Source: Armatimonadota bacterium
Lineage (GTDB): Bacteria; Armatimonadota; Fimbriimonadia; Fimbriimonadales; GBS-DC
DNA length: 64,000 nt
Direction of reading: 5' to 3'
Assembly (NCBI GenBank): GCA_037444405.1
Contig: JBBIML010000008.1
Span: 68,225-132,224, forward strand
The notes under the pieces are model-generated. The model did no database searches, had not been told where the DNA came from, and saw only the letters and a program-made list of their open reading frames with translations. Positions 45,695-54,760 of this stretch are shown in pieces. Position 1 is the first letter of the stretch. Every line of letters starts with the position of its first letter. Position numbers and translations under genes: made by a program.

Positions 45695-45719
45695 TATACT
45701 ATCGGTAGCACAGACCGAT
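45695..45719 (+). promoter_or_regulatory. -10-like TATACT followed directly by palindrome ATCGGT-N7-ACCGAT (operator candidate) upstream of the acyl-CoA dehydrogenase
   Basis: Perfect 6-bp inverted repeat at 45701-45706 and 45714-45719. GGAGGTG RBS and the ATG at 45731 follow. Confidence 0.3.
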
Positions 45720-45730
45720 GGAGGTGACCG

Positions 45731-47521
45731 ATGAGAACTATCTCTTTGCGTGGTGGCGAGTTTTTACTGCGCGAGGTGGAACCCGCGCAGGTGTTTGTGC
45801 CTGAAGATTTCAGCTCGGAAGACACCCTGCTGGCGCAGGCTGCCGAGCAGTTCGTGCGCGGCGAGGTGCAACCCCGCAACGCCGAGATCGAACATCAGCA
45901 GGAAGGACTGACTGTCAGCCTGCTCAAAAAGGCGGGCGAGCTGGGGCTGCTGGGCGCCGATCTGCCTGAAGCCTTCGGCGGTCTGGGACTGCCCAAGACC
46001 ACCAGCACGCTGATCGCCGAAAAGATGAGTCTGCAAGCCTCGTTCGCCGTCTCGTGGGGCGCCCATGTGGGCATCGGCACCCTGCCGATCCTCTTTTTCG
46101 GCACGCCCGAACAGAAGCGAAAATACCTGCCGAAATTAGCCACGGGCGAGCTGATCGCCGCCTTCGCGCTCAGCGAGGCGAACTGCGGCTCCGACCCGCT
46201 CTCCGCTCGCACACGAGCCAGCCTCTCACCCGACGGCAAATATTATCTGCTCAACGGCGAAAAGATGTGGACGACCAACGCGGGCTGGGCGGACCTCTTC
46301 ATCGTGTTCGCCAAAGTGGACGGCGAGAAGTTCACCGCTTTCATCGTGGAGCGCAACTTCCCCGGCGTGTCGGTCGGGCGTGAGGAGCATAAGATGGGCA
46401 TCAAAGGCTCCAGCACGCGCCGCGTGATTTTAGAGAACGCGCAGGTGCCCGTCGAAAATGTGCTGCACGAGATTGGCAAGGGGCACCATGTGGCGTTCGG
46501 TGTGCTGAACATCGGGCGGTTCAAGCTCGCCGCCGCCGCGCTGGGCGGCGCGAAGGAGGCGCTCACCATCGCCACCCGCTACGCCAAAGAGCGCCAGCAG
46601 TTCGGACAGCCCATCGCCAGCTTCGGACTCATCCAGCACAAGCTGGCGGAGATGGCGATTCAAATCTACGCGCTGGAAAGCGCGGTCTACCGCACTGCTG
46701 GCATGCTGGACGAGGTGTTTCACGGCATCGACCCGCTCGCACCCGACGCGAATGCCCAGTATCGCGAAGCCGACGAGGAGTACCCCGTCGAATGCGCCAT
46801 CCTGAAGGTGTTCGGCTCCGAAGTGCTGGACTATGTGGCGGATGAGACGGTGCAGATTCACGGCGGATTCGGCTACACTGAAGAGTTCCCTGCCGCGCAG
46901 ATCTACCGCGATAGCCGGATCAACCGCATCTTCGAGGGCACGAACGAGATCAACCGCCTGCTGATGCTGGATCAGCTGATGCGCCGCGCGCTCAAGGGCA
47001 AGCTGCCCGGCTTGATGGAGGCGGCGCAAGCCATCCGCGCCGAACTCAACCAGCCGCAGATGCCCACGCCCGATCCCATCGACCCGCTGGAGGCGATTGG
47101 CAAATATATCACCAGCGCCAAAAAAGCGTTCCTCATGACAGCCGGGATGGCGGTGGAGCAGGTCGGCACTGAGCTGGAGGAGCGTCAGGAGATTGTGGGA
47201 CACTTAGCTGACTGCCTGATCCAGCTCTACGCGATGGAGAGCGCGTGGCTGCGCACACGCAAACTTCAGCAGAAGGGACTGGACATCACCCTGCCGCTGG
47301 CGATGACGCGCGTGTTCGCCTACGAAGCGTTCGATGCGATTGAATCGCATGCGCGGCGCGCCCTGCACGCCTTCGCGGAGGGCGACCTGCTGCAGATTCT
47401 GCTCGCCGCGCTCAAGCGCTACATGCGCCGCACCAGCGAGGTGAACACGATGGCACTGCGCCGCCAGATCGCCCGCTATGTGATCGAGCATGAGCGCGCG
47501 TGGCTCGCCAGCACGAAGTAG
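45731..47521 (+). CDS. acyl-CoA dehydrogenase, long form with extra C-terminal helical domain
   Basis: AFALSEANCGSD, TNAGWADLFIVFAK and IHGGFGYTEEFP motifs. 596 aa. Confidence 0.9.
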   Translation: MRTISLRGGEFLLREVEPAQVFVPEDFSSEDTLLAQAAEQFVRGEVQPRNAEIEHQQEGLTVSLLKKAGELGLLGADLPEAFGGLGLPKTTSTLIAEKMSLQASFAVSWGAHVGIGTLPILFFGTPEQKRKYLPKLATGELIAAFALSEANCGSDPLSARTRASLSPDGKYYLLNGEKMWTTNAGWADLFIVFAKVDGEKFTAFIVERNFPGVSVGREEHKMGIKGSSTRRVILENAQVPVENVLHEIGKGHHVAFGVLNIGRFKLAAAALGGAKEALTIATRYAKERQQFGQPIASFGLIQHKLAEMAIQIYALESAVYRTAGMLDEVFHGIDPLAPDANAQYREADEEYPVECAILKVFGSEVLDYVADETVQIHGGFGYTEEFPAAQIYRDSRINRIFEGTNEINRLLMLDQLMRRALKGKLPGLMEAAQAIRAELNQPQMPTPDPIDPLEAIGKYITSAKKAFLMTAGMAVEQVGTELEERQEIVGHLADCLIQLYAMESAWLRTRKLQQKGLDITLPLAMTRVFAYEAFDAIESHARRALHAFAEGDLLQILLAALKRYMRRTSEVNTMALRRQIARYVIEHERAWLASTK

Positions 47522-47532
47522 CCCTGTAAATA

Positions 47533-47556
47533 GGGGGACACCGCTGGGTGTCCCCC
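47533..47556 (+). terminator. stem-loop GGGGGACACC-gctg-GGTGTCCCCC after the acyl-CoA dehydrogenase
   Basis: 10-bp perfect stem 12 nt after the stop codon. Only a weak T-run follows. Confidence 0.4.
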
Positions 47557-47640
47557 TTCGGCAGGGTGGGGTGTAAGGATCAAGCCTTAACTTCCGTCCC
47601 TACTATACACCAGAGCAGCGCGTATGCACGAATTTTGCAG

Positions 47641-47667
47641 AAAAATGCAACACTCCCTTCGGGTGTG
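47641..47667 (-). terminator. candidate intrinsic terminator for the MFS gene 47714-49000
   Basis: On the minus strand, CACACCC-gaag-GGAGTG is followed by TTGCATTTTT. Confidence 0.4.
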
Positions 47668-47713
47668 GCAGCTTTCAAAGCGGGGAAGGGAGAAGGTTTC
47701 GATGGGGTTGTCC

Positions 47714-49000
47714 TCACGCTGGCAGGGGCTGGTCTTTCGTTTCGGGCGCGAACAGCAGTATCATCAGCCCCAGCAGAAAGACGCCTGAAAGCAGAGTAGC
47801 TGCCCACTGGATGCTGAAGTGGGCGGTCAGCAGTCCGAAGGTGTAGGGCGCGGCGGCTGCCAGATAGCGCGCCACATTATAACAGAACCCGACGCCCGTC
47901 GCCCGCAGGCGCGTGGGGAACAGCTCCGGGAAGTAGACGGCGTAGCCTGCAAACAGCGCGGTGGTGAACAAGCCCAGCAGCGGATAGAGCAGCATCGCCC
48001 GCGCGAAGGAGGTGGTCAGGAAGAAGGTGGCGGGCACAATCAGCAGGCACATGAGGAAGGTGAGCGCGAAGGTGGAGCGTCGACCGATGCGCTGCGCCAG
48101 CATCGCCCAGCCCAGCATCCCGAAAAACGCGCCCACCTGCTGAACCATCACCGCGTACGACTTCTGCTCCTCGACCAGCGAGCGCAGCGCCGCATCGCCT
48201 GTGGGATTCAGAGCGCGAGCCAGCAAATCGGGCGACCATGTGCCGATGCCCCAGAAGCCGACCACACCCACCGCGCCCAGCCCGATTCCAATCAGCACAT
48301 GGCGACGCCAGAGCCGATCGCCGAACAGCTCGCTGAGTGCGCCCAGCGGCTGACCCGACGCCCGCGCCTGCTCCCAGCGCTGCGGCTCCCGCACAAACAG
48401 CCGAATCACAAACACCAGCAGCGCGGGCAAAAAGCCTATTGCGAACACCCACCGCCAGCCGTACTCGGGTCCAACCAGCCGATAGAGAACCGCCGCCATC
48501 AGATTGCCAATCGCCGAGCATGCCTGCATGATGCCGAGCGCGGTGGGGCGCGCGTGCGCAGGGAAGGTCTCGGCGACCAGTGCGACGCCCGCCGCAAACT
48601 CGCCGCCAATCCCCAGCCCCGTCAGAAAGCGCAACAGCGCCAGCTGCTGCCAGCTCTGCGCCAGCGCGCTCAGACCCGTGAAGCCCGCATACATCAGGAT
48701 GGTGAGCGCCATCGTGCGCGTGCGCCCCAACCGATCGCCGATTATCCCGAACAGGAAGCCGCCCGTCGCCCATCCAATCACAAACCACGCCTGCACGATG
48801 CCCGAATAGTGCGCCACGCGCGGGTCGGAAGAGCTGGTGTTCAGCAAATCCGCCACGGCAGGTTGACGCGCCAGCACATAGAGCCACTGATCCATCGTGT
48901 CGAACATCCAGCCCGCGGCGGCGACCGTCAGCACCAGCCAGTGATAGCCGGTCAGACCGCTGTACCAGCGAAGCCTTTTCGAACCGTCCCGCGACGCCAT
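47714..49000 (-). CDS. MFS transporter
   Basis: 12 predicted hydrophobic segments and motif A GIIGDRLGRTRTM. Confidence 0.85.
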   Translation of the reverse strand: MASRDGSKRLRWYSGLTGYHWLVLTVAAAGWMFDTMDQWLYVLARQPAVADLLNTSSSDPRVAHYSGIVQAWFVIGWATGGFLFGIIGDRLGRTRTMALTILMYAGFTGLSALAQSWQQLALLRFLTGLGIGGEFAAGVALVAETFPAHARPTALGIMQACSAIGNLMAAVLYRLVGPEYGWRWVFAIGFLPALLVFVIRLFVREPQRWEQARASGQPLGALSELFGDRLWRRHVLIGIGLGAVGVVGFWGIGTWSPDLLARALNPTGDAALRSLVEEQKSYAVMVQQVGAFFGMLGWAMLAQRIGRRSTFALTFLMCLLIVPATFFLTTSFARAMLLYPLLGLFTTALFAGYAVYFPELFPTRLRATGVGFCYNVARYLAAAAPYTFGLLTAHFSIQWAATLLSGVFLLGLMILLFAPETKDQPLPA

Positions 49001-49621
49001 TCAATATAGACCCAGACTGCGCAGGAAGTCGCGAAACTGCGGATATTTATCGATCTCCGCACGCAGACTCTGCAGTTGCATCCGTGCCATCTGCAGCACA
49101 GCAGGATTCTGAGCGACCATCGAGCGGATCTGGCGATCTGCTATCTCGCGGAACGGCGGTATCATAAATTCATTAAACGAGCCGCATAGCGTATCCTGCA
49201 CGCTGACCCTCCAGCGGTCCTCCACCTTGCGCAGCACATAGGTTGGACGCATGGTATACCGTCGCCCCTGCGGAGAGATATACTCCATCGTCACGGTCGC
49301 CTTCGCCGTTTCGCCCTCCACCGTGACGGCGCCCACCTGCACCTTCTCCACTTTGCCGATATCCTGACGCTGATAGCCCGGATAGAGCAGCTGCACAGGG
49401 TCGCCCAGTTGTTGCAGAAGCATCATCAGCATGCCTGAGCGGTCGATGTAGCGCTCGAGCCGCTCGCCATCGTTCGATTTCGCGGCGTCAAAGAACTGGT
49501 TCAGGGCGTAGCCGGGCGAGCGGGTGTAGATGAGGAAGTACCACCCCAGCACGCCCACGATGGCAATCAGCACAAGGGCGAACACCAGCGCCCACACGCG
49601 CCCTGCGACTCTGCGTTGCAT
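49001..49621 (-). CDS. hypothetical membrane-anchored protein (NTF2/DUF4878-like fold guess)
   Basis: ATG at 49621. TM VWALVFALVLIAIVGVLGWYFLIY followed by a soluble domain. The stop abuts the MFS start. Confidence 0.55.
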   Translation of the reverse strand: MQRRVAGRVWALVFALVLIAIVGVLGWYFLIYTRSPGYALNQFFDAAKSNDGERLERYIDRSGMLMMLLQQLGDPVQLLYPGYQRQDIGKVEKVQVGAVTVEGETAKATVTMEYISPQGRRYTMRPTYVLRKVEDRWRVSVQDTLCGSFNEFMIPPFREIADRQIRSMVAQNPAVLQMARMQLQSLRAEIDKYPQFRDFLRSLGLY

Positions 49622-49626
49622 GCCAA

Positions 49627-50835
49627 TCACCTCCGCTGTATCGGTTCGGGACCCAAGCGTTTTGTCCTGCGAATGCGGAAGAGTGTATAGGCGATCAGGC
49701 TCAGGCTGACGCTGAACAAAATACCCGCGTAGGAAATAGGGCGTGCAGACACACTCTGAGCGGTTCGCAGCGGGATTTTGAGCTGGGGCTGACCGTCGCG
49801 TTGCAACACCGCCCAGCCAGCGGGGGTGTTCGACGCGACAGGCGCCTGCAGCTCGATGGGCAGCAGCACCCAGCGATAGCGATGCTGCTGCGCTCGCGGC
49901 ACAACCCAGATCGCCGCCTGCTCCAGCTGAACGGGCACCTTTGGTTGCGTACCGTTTCGTACGGGCGCGCTCCCCACCCTCTGACCTGCCTGACCCAGCG
50001 CCACAGGCACCCATTCGTTGAAGCCATACTCCATCAGTGCGATGGTGTCCTGCTCGCGCTGGGGGCTGTTCAGCACGACGCTGATGAGCCGTCGCCCCGC
50101 TTTGCTGGCGGCGCCTGCGAAGCAAAGCCCCGCCTGGCGTGTGAAGCCCGTCTTGATACCCTCTGCCCACGGGTACATCTCCAGAAACTTCGCCTTCGTG
50201 ACCACCCAGCGGTCCTGCTGGTCTATCGAGCGTGCAATCTGCACCCTGCGCTGGCACACGATCGCGCGGAACTGGGGGTTCTCCATCGCGGCGCGGGCAA
50301 TCAGCGCGAGGTCGCGCGCGGTGGAGAGATGGCGCGGGTGATGAAGCCCGTGCGGGTTCTCGAAATGGGTGTGCGTGGCGCCCAGCACCTGCGCCTTCTC
50401 GTTCATGAGCTGCACGAAACCCTCCACCGAGCCAGCGGTATGCTCCGCCAGCGCGACAGCGGCGTCGTTCGCCGAGCGCAACAGCAGCGCATAGAGCAGA
50501 TCGCGCACCGTGACCTGCTCGCCCTCTTTCAGATGGAGCGAGCTGGCGCGGGCGCGCGCCGCGCGCGCCGATGCCGTCACCACCTCATCCAGACCGCACC
50601 GCTCCAGCACAATCAGCGCGGTCATCATCTTGGTCAGGCTGGCGGGCGGCAGAGGCATGTCGGGATTCTTTTCGAACAGCACCTGTCCCGTGCTGGCTTC
50701 GACAAGAATCGCGCTTCGCGCCTTCAGCTCGGGCGGGTTCGCCCAGAGCCAGCCAAGCAGGAGGCTCCCGCTCACACACAACAGCCACCGCATAAGTGTC
50801 AGTTTCGCGCCGTGCCTTATTGCTCCTACCCCCAT
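49627..50835 (-). CDS. D-alanyl-D-alanine carboxypeptidase (serine peptidase S11, PBP5-like) with C-terminal anchor
   Basis: SLTKMMT (SxxK), RSANDAA (SxN) and IKTGFT (KTG) motifs. Alternative start at 50793. Confidence 0.85.
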   Translation of the reverse strand: MGVGAIRHGAKLTLMRWLLCVSGSLLLGWLWANPPELKARSAILVEASTGQVLFEKNPDMPLPPASLTKMMTALIVLERCGLDEVVTASARAARARASSLHLKEGEQVTVRDLLYALLLRSANDAAVALAEHTAGSVEGFVQLMNEKAQVLGATHTHFENPHGLHHPRHLSTARDLALIARAAMENPQFRAIVCQRRVQIARSIDQQDRWVVTKAKFLEMYPWAEGIKTGFTRQAGLCFAGAASKAGRRLISVVLNSPQREQDTIALMEYGFNEWVPVALGQAGQRVGSAPVRNGTQPKVPVQLEQAAIWVVPRAQQHRYRWVLLPIELQAPVASNTPAGWAVLQRDGQPQLKIPLRTAQSVSARPISYAGILFSVSLSLIAYTLFRIRRTKRLGPEPIQRR

Positions 50836-50840
50836 ACCTG

Positions 50841-50849
50841 TGCTATAAT
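50841..50849 (+). promoter_or_regulatory. extended -10 box TGcTATAAT, 10 nt upstream of the ATG at 50860 (near-leaderless)
   Basis: Exact TGnTATAAT match. No Shine-Dalgarno sequence before the start. Confidence 0.4.
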
Positions 50850-50859
50850 AGCAATCGGG

Positions 50860-52494
50860 ATGGCGACTAAGCGCGTGGCTCTGATTATACCGACGCGTAA
50901 TCGGGCGCATGCGGCGTTCGCGCAGAATGACCGAATCGCGCGCATGTGGAAGAGCGTGCTGTGGCTCTGGGGTCAGCCCGCCGACATTATTGTTGCAGGC
51001 GATGTGAGCAAGAGCCAGTTTAACGCCCAGTACGATATTGGCATCGTGCCTTACCTGTCCGACTACACTTCGGGGCTGGAGATTTTCAGCTGGGTGAACT
51101 ACGCGCCAGGCGATAAGCCGCTCTATCTGGTCGGCTACCGAACACCGCAGGGCACGGGCGGCACGCCCGCGACAGGCGTGCTGGGCATCACACCGCTCGA
51201 TGGCTCGCCCACCGACATCAAGATGATTGGACGCCGCGCCGTCTGGACCCAGACGGGCACGCGCGTGATCGTGGAATCGTTCACCGCGCGGGTGAACAAC
51301 ATCTATCACGCGCTGAGCGTCGATGAGGCTAATCCGAACCTGCAGGTGCTGCTGCGTCCCGATGCCGAGTTGCACCCGCAGGCGAGCCATGTGTATATTG
51401 CACGCTGGTACAACCGCTACTTTGTGCCGACGCTTGGCTACTTGGTAACCTCGCCCTGGCTGATCCCGTGGATTATGGTGAATGAGGAGGCAGACCCCGC
51501 CTGGAGCCGCCCGCTGAGCATGGACATCGACCACATCTGCACCTGGGGCGCACCGAACGCGCCCGGCTGGAGCTACGACATCTATCTGCAGTCGGTGGAG
51601 TGGATTCGCGCCTTCTGCCAGACCACGGGGCTGGTTGTGCAGTGCGGTTGCACCACCAGTGCGCTCAGTGATCTGGGTGCAACGAACCCCTACCTGCATC
51701 GCAACGCGCGCAACTATAACTCGCAGCTGGCGCAGATTCACCAGATTCTATTGCAGGAGCAGGATGGCTGCTTCCCCTGCTGCTGGCACGACCATTACTG
51801 GCAGATTGAAAGCACGCTGGGGTTCGGGAATGCGCGGGCGTGGACGAACCCCTACGGCTCGTTTCGCGAGATGAGTTCGCCGGCGGCGTTCCGCGCCCAC
51901 TGGAAAGGCACGCTGGACGAGATGCGGCAGATGGGCTTCGCCACCAGCTGGTGCAACCGCCATCGATATCTGAACTTCGCCAATAACCAGTTCACCGATC
52001 GCTATCTGCGCTTTTTGCGGGCGGAGACGCCCGTGCGCGTGGTGCGGGCATGGGTCAGCTCCTGTGTAGTTGCGCCCGGCGCGCGGCTGATGGCGCACAC
52101 GCCCTACCTGCGCAACCCGCTGGAGCGACGCTACGGCATCGAACTGGTGGACGCCTATGACCCGCTTTACAGCGATAATGTGAACTATGCCACGCAACCT
52201 GCTGACCGTGCCACGCTCGCGCTCGCCGAAGGCTATGGCACATCGGGTGAAAGCGTCGATCTGATGTTCACGCGCATGCTGGGCGCACGCCTGATCAGGG
52301 ATGGGCTGAATAAGTGGCTGCGTGGGGGTGGAATCATTTACCATCACAACTACGAAATGAGCTACGAGTGGCCATCGGTAGCGGTGTATGTCTATCAGGC
52401 GCTGGATGCATGGCGGCGCGTGCTGACCCCATGGCTCACTTTCGGCAGTGTGAGCGATCTGGTCGCCTGGCGCAATCGCGTGCGCAGCCTCTGA
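50860..52494 (+). CDS. hypothetical cytoplasmic protein, 544 aa, Trp/Cys/His-rich
   Basis: Long clean ORF with no signal peptide. Motifs MDIDH, CCWHDHYW and IIYHHNYE are loosely reminiscent of metal-dependent deacetylase (CE4/DUF2334-like) motifs. Confidence 0.55.
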   Translation: MATKRVALIIPTRNRAHAAFAQNDRIARMWKSVLWLWGQPADIIVAGDVSKSQFNAQYDIGIVPYLSDYTSGLEIFSWVNYAPGDKPLYLVGYRTPQGTGGTPATGVLGITPLDGSPTDIKMIGRRAVWTQTGTRVIVESFTARVNNIYHALSVDEANPNLQVLLRPDAELHPQASHVYIARWYNRYFVPTLGYLVTSPWLIPWIMVNEEADPAWSRPLSMDIDHICTWGAPNAPGWSYDIYLQSVEWIRAFCQTTGLVVQCGCTTSALSDLGATNPYLHRNARNYNSQLAQIHQILLQEQDGCFPCCWHDHYWQIESTLGFGNARAWTNPYGSFREMSSPAAFRAHWKGTLDEMRQMGFATSWCNRHRYLNFANNQFTDRYLRFLRAETPVRVVRAWVSSCVVAPGARLMAHTPYLRNPLERRYGIELVDAYDPLYSDNVNYATQPADRATLALAEGYGTSGESVDLMFTRMLGARLIRDGLNKWLRGGGIIYHHNYEMSYEWPSVAVYVYQALDAWRRVLTPWLTFGSVSDLVAWRNRVRSL

Positions 52495-52497
52495 GCT

Positions 52498-53061
52498 TCA
52501 CTCCGCCTGCGCGGGGCGAACTTCCACCAGAATGACGCCCTCCTGCACAATCTCGCCCTCGCGGCAGTTAAGCGCCTGCACCACGCCGGCGTAGGGCGCC
52601 CGCAGGGTCTGCTCCGTCTTCATCGCCTCCAGCACAATCAGCGGCTGACCCGCCTGCACCGTGTCGCCTCTCTGCACCAGCACTTTGCGAATCAAGCCTG
52701 GCATGGGTGCAGTGAGCATGCCTTCCGCGCTGGAGTGGGCGCCCGACGCTCGCTTTTCTTTGCCCTTCTGAAACCGATAGACGCGCCCCTGATAGCACAG
52801 CGTGATTTCGTCGCCGCTGAGCTGGAAGCCCAGCTGCCACACGCCCGCTGGCGTGCGCAGACGCAGCACGCCCTCGTCGTGAATCTGCCACTCCAGCACG
52901 CGATGCTCCGTGCCGTTGGGCAGCACCACACGCCAGCCACCCTGTTCAGGCAGCACCTGCAACCCGATCGGCTCATCCCGATAGAGAAACTCCTGCCGAC
53001 CGACAGCCCTCTCCGCTGGCGCGGAGGCAGCTTCATGGGAAGGGGTTGGTTTCTTATTCAT
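52498..53061 (-). CDS. biotin-requiring protein: stand-alone biotinyl (BCCP-type) domain with an N-terminal BT-like region
   Basis: The C-terminus PMPGLIRKVLV..GQPLIVLEAMKTEQTLRAP carries the EAMK biotinylation motif. No biotin carboxylase domain is present. Confidence 0.75.
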   Translation of the reverse strand: MNKKPTPSHEAASAPAERAVGRQEFLYRDEPIGLQVLPEQGGWRVVLPNGTEHRVLEWQIHDEGVLRLRTPAGVWQLGFQLSGDEITLCYQGRVYRFQKGKEKRASGAHSSAEGMLTAPMPGLIRKVLVQRGDTVQAGQPLIVLEAMKTEQTLRAPYAGVVQALNCREGEIVQEGVILVEVRPAQAE

Positions 53062-54271
53062 ACCGCAGGGCTTCGATCGGTTGCAGCTGAGCCGCTCGCC
53101 ACGCGGGATACAGCCCGAAAAAGATGCCCACCAGCGCGGCGAAGCCGAACGCCAGCAGCACGCCTTCCACAGGAATCAGCACCTTCCAGTTCGCCTGCAG
53201 GCTGATATAAGTTGCCGCTGCATAGCCCACCGCGATGCCAATCAGCCCGCCAGCAACGCTGATGACCACCGACTCAATTAGGAACTGCGCAAGGATGTTC
53301 TGGCGAGTGGCGCCAATCGCCTTGCGCAGCCCGATCTCGCGTGTGCGCTCCGTCACCGACACCAGCATGATGTTCATAATGCCGATACCGCCCACGATGA
53401 GCGAGACCAGCGCGACGCCCGCCAGCAGGAAGGTGAAGGTGCGTGCCGTCTGCTCCACCGTCTCCACGAACTCGCCCTGATTGAACACGCGAAAATCGGG
53501 ATCGCCCCACGGCGGGATGCGATGCACACGCATCAATGTCTCCTCCACACACTGCTGGGCAGGTTCCATCACCTCGCCTGAGCTGGCTTGCACGGAAAGC
53601 CCTTCCACATGCTCCACGCCCATCAGGCGGCGCATCGCAGTCGACAGCGGCACATAGATGCGGTCATCGAAGCTGCGGAAGCCCGTGTCGCCCTTGTATT
53701 GCAGTCGCCCGATAACCCGAAACGGTTGACCATTAATGCGGATGGTCTTGCCGATGCACGCGCCGCTCTGGAACAGTTCTTCCCACACGGTGTGCCCAAT
53801 GACGGCGACTCGCGCCATCGCGCGCTCTTCCGCCTCGTTGTAGTAGCGCCCTTCCGCCAGCACCAGGTTGCGAATCGCGGCATATTCGGGCCAGGCGCCC
53901 GTGACGCTGGTGCGCATATTGCGATTGAGATATTTCACCTGGTAGGCAGAGGAGGTTTCGGGTGAGACGCGAACGACCAGCTCGCCACAGCTTTTGAGGA
54001 TGGCGTCGGCGTCGGACGGCTTCATCGTCTGCACGCTGCCGAAGCCCAGAAACGCGCCGCCGCGCCGTGCCTGCCCCGCGCGCACGGTCAGCACATTCGC
54101 GCCCAGCTTCTGCACCTGCTCCAGCGTGTAGGCGCGGGCGCCCTGCGCGATCCCGATCATCGCAATCACCGCGCCCACGCCGATAATCACGCCCAGCATG
54201 GTCAGCAGCGTGCGCATCTTGTTCACGCGCAGGCTCTCTATCGCTGATAGAAAGCTCTCGATAATGTTCAT
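53054..54271 (-). CDS. ABC transporter permease, MacB/FtsX family
   Basis: N-terminal TM, large periplasmic domain and C-terminal FtsX-type three-TM bundle (ERTREIGLRKAIGA motif). ATG at 54271. Confidence 0.85.
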   Translation of the reverse strand: MNIIESFLSAIESLRVNKMRTLLTMLGVIIGVGAVIAMIGIAQGARAYTLEQVQKLGANVLTVRAGQARRGGAFLGFGSVQTMKPSDADAILKSCGELVVRVSPETSSAYQVKYLNRNMRTSVTGAWPEYAAIRNLVLAEGRYYNEAEERAMARVAVIGHTVWEELFQSGACIGKTIRINGQPFRVIGRLQYKGDTGFRSFDDRIYVPLSTAMRRLMGVEHVEGLSVQASSGEVMEPAQQCVEETLMRVHRIPPWGDPDFRVFNQGEFVETVEQTARTFTFLLAGVALVSLIVGGIGIMNIMLVSVTERTREIGLRKAIGATRQNILAQFLIESVVISVAGGLIGIAVGYAAATYISLQANWKVLIPVEGVLLAFGFAALVGIFFGLYPAWRAAQLQPIEALRYE

Positions 54272-54361
54272 TGCCAGTTCCCTCCTGCTTCGTCGTTCCT
54301 CGCCCCTATTCACTTTGCTGCGTCGCCTGGGCGTCCCGCCCAGCGATGAAGTTTACCCCTT

Positions 54362-54703
54362 CTAAGCCGCCGACTGCTCAATCGCCGACTGCAGGTAAGG
54401 TTGAAGCTGGCTCCACGCGGCGCGCAGCTGCTGAATCGCCTGCGGCGCCTCACTCAGTTCGCCTGACCGCCCCAGATTCTCCAGCTGAGCCGCATACTGG
54501 GCAAACGAATCGGCGCCGATAGAGCGCGCACTGCCCTTGAGCGTGTGGGCGACCTGACGCACCTGCGGCGCGTCGCCCGCTTCAATCGCCTGCTCCAGAC
54601 GGGCAATCAGCTCTGGCGTCTGACTCAGAAACTCGCCCAGCAACTCGGCGCAAAATTCCGCGTCGCCGCCAGTGATCTCGTTCAGATAGTCCCAGTTGGG
54701 CAT
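54362..54703 (-). CDS. Hpt domain histidine phosphotransfer protein
   Basis: AHTLKGSARSIGA motif. ATG at 54703 lies 5 nt after GGAGGTGA. Confidence 0.8.
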   Translation of the reverse strand: MPNWDYLNEITGGDAEFCAELLGEFLSQTPELIARLEQAIEAGDAPQVRQVAHTLKGSARSIGADSFAQYAAQLENLGRSGELSEAPQAIQQLRAAWSQLQPYLQSAIEQSAA

Positions 54704-54760
54704 GAGGTTCACCTCCGAGCCGTCTTCGTTTGGGCAGGATGCCCAGGCTACTGATCTCGC

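Noticed and set aside
47557-47640. Possible small RNA in the 192-bp gap between the acyl-CoA dehydrogenase and MFS genes (nested pairings GGTGTA..TACACC and AAGG..CCTT).
   Set aside because: The pairings are short. No promoter-terminator pair clearly brackets them beyond the terminators assigned to the flanking genes, and there is no match to an RNA family I recognise.
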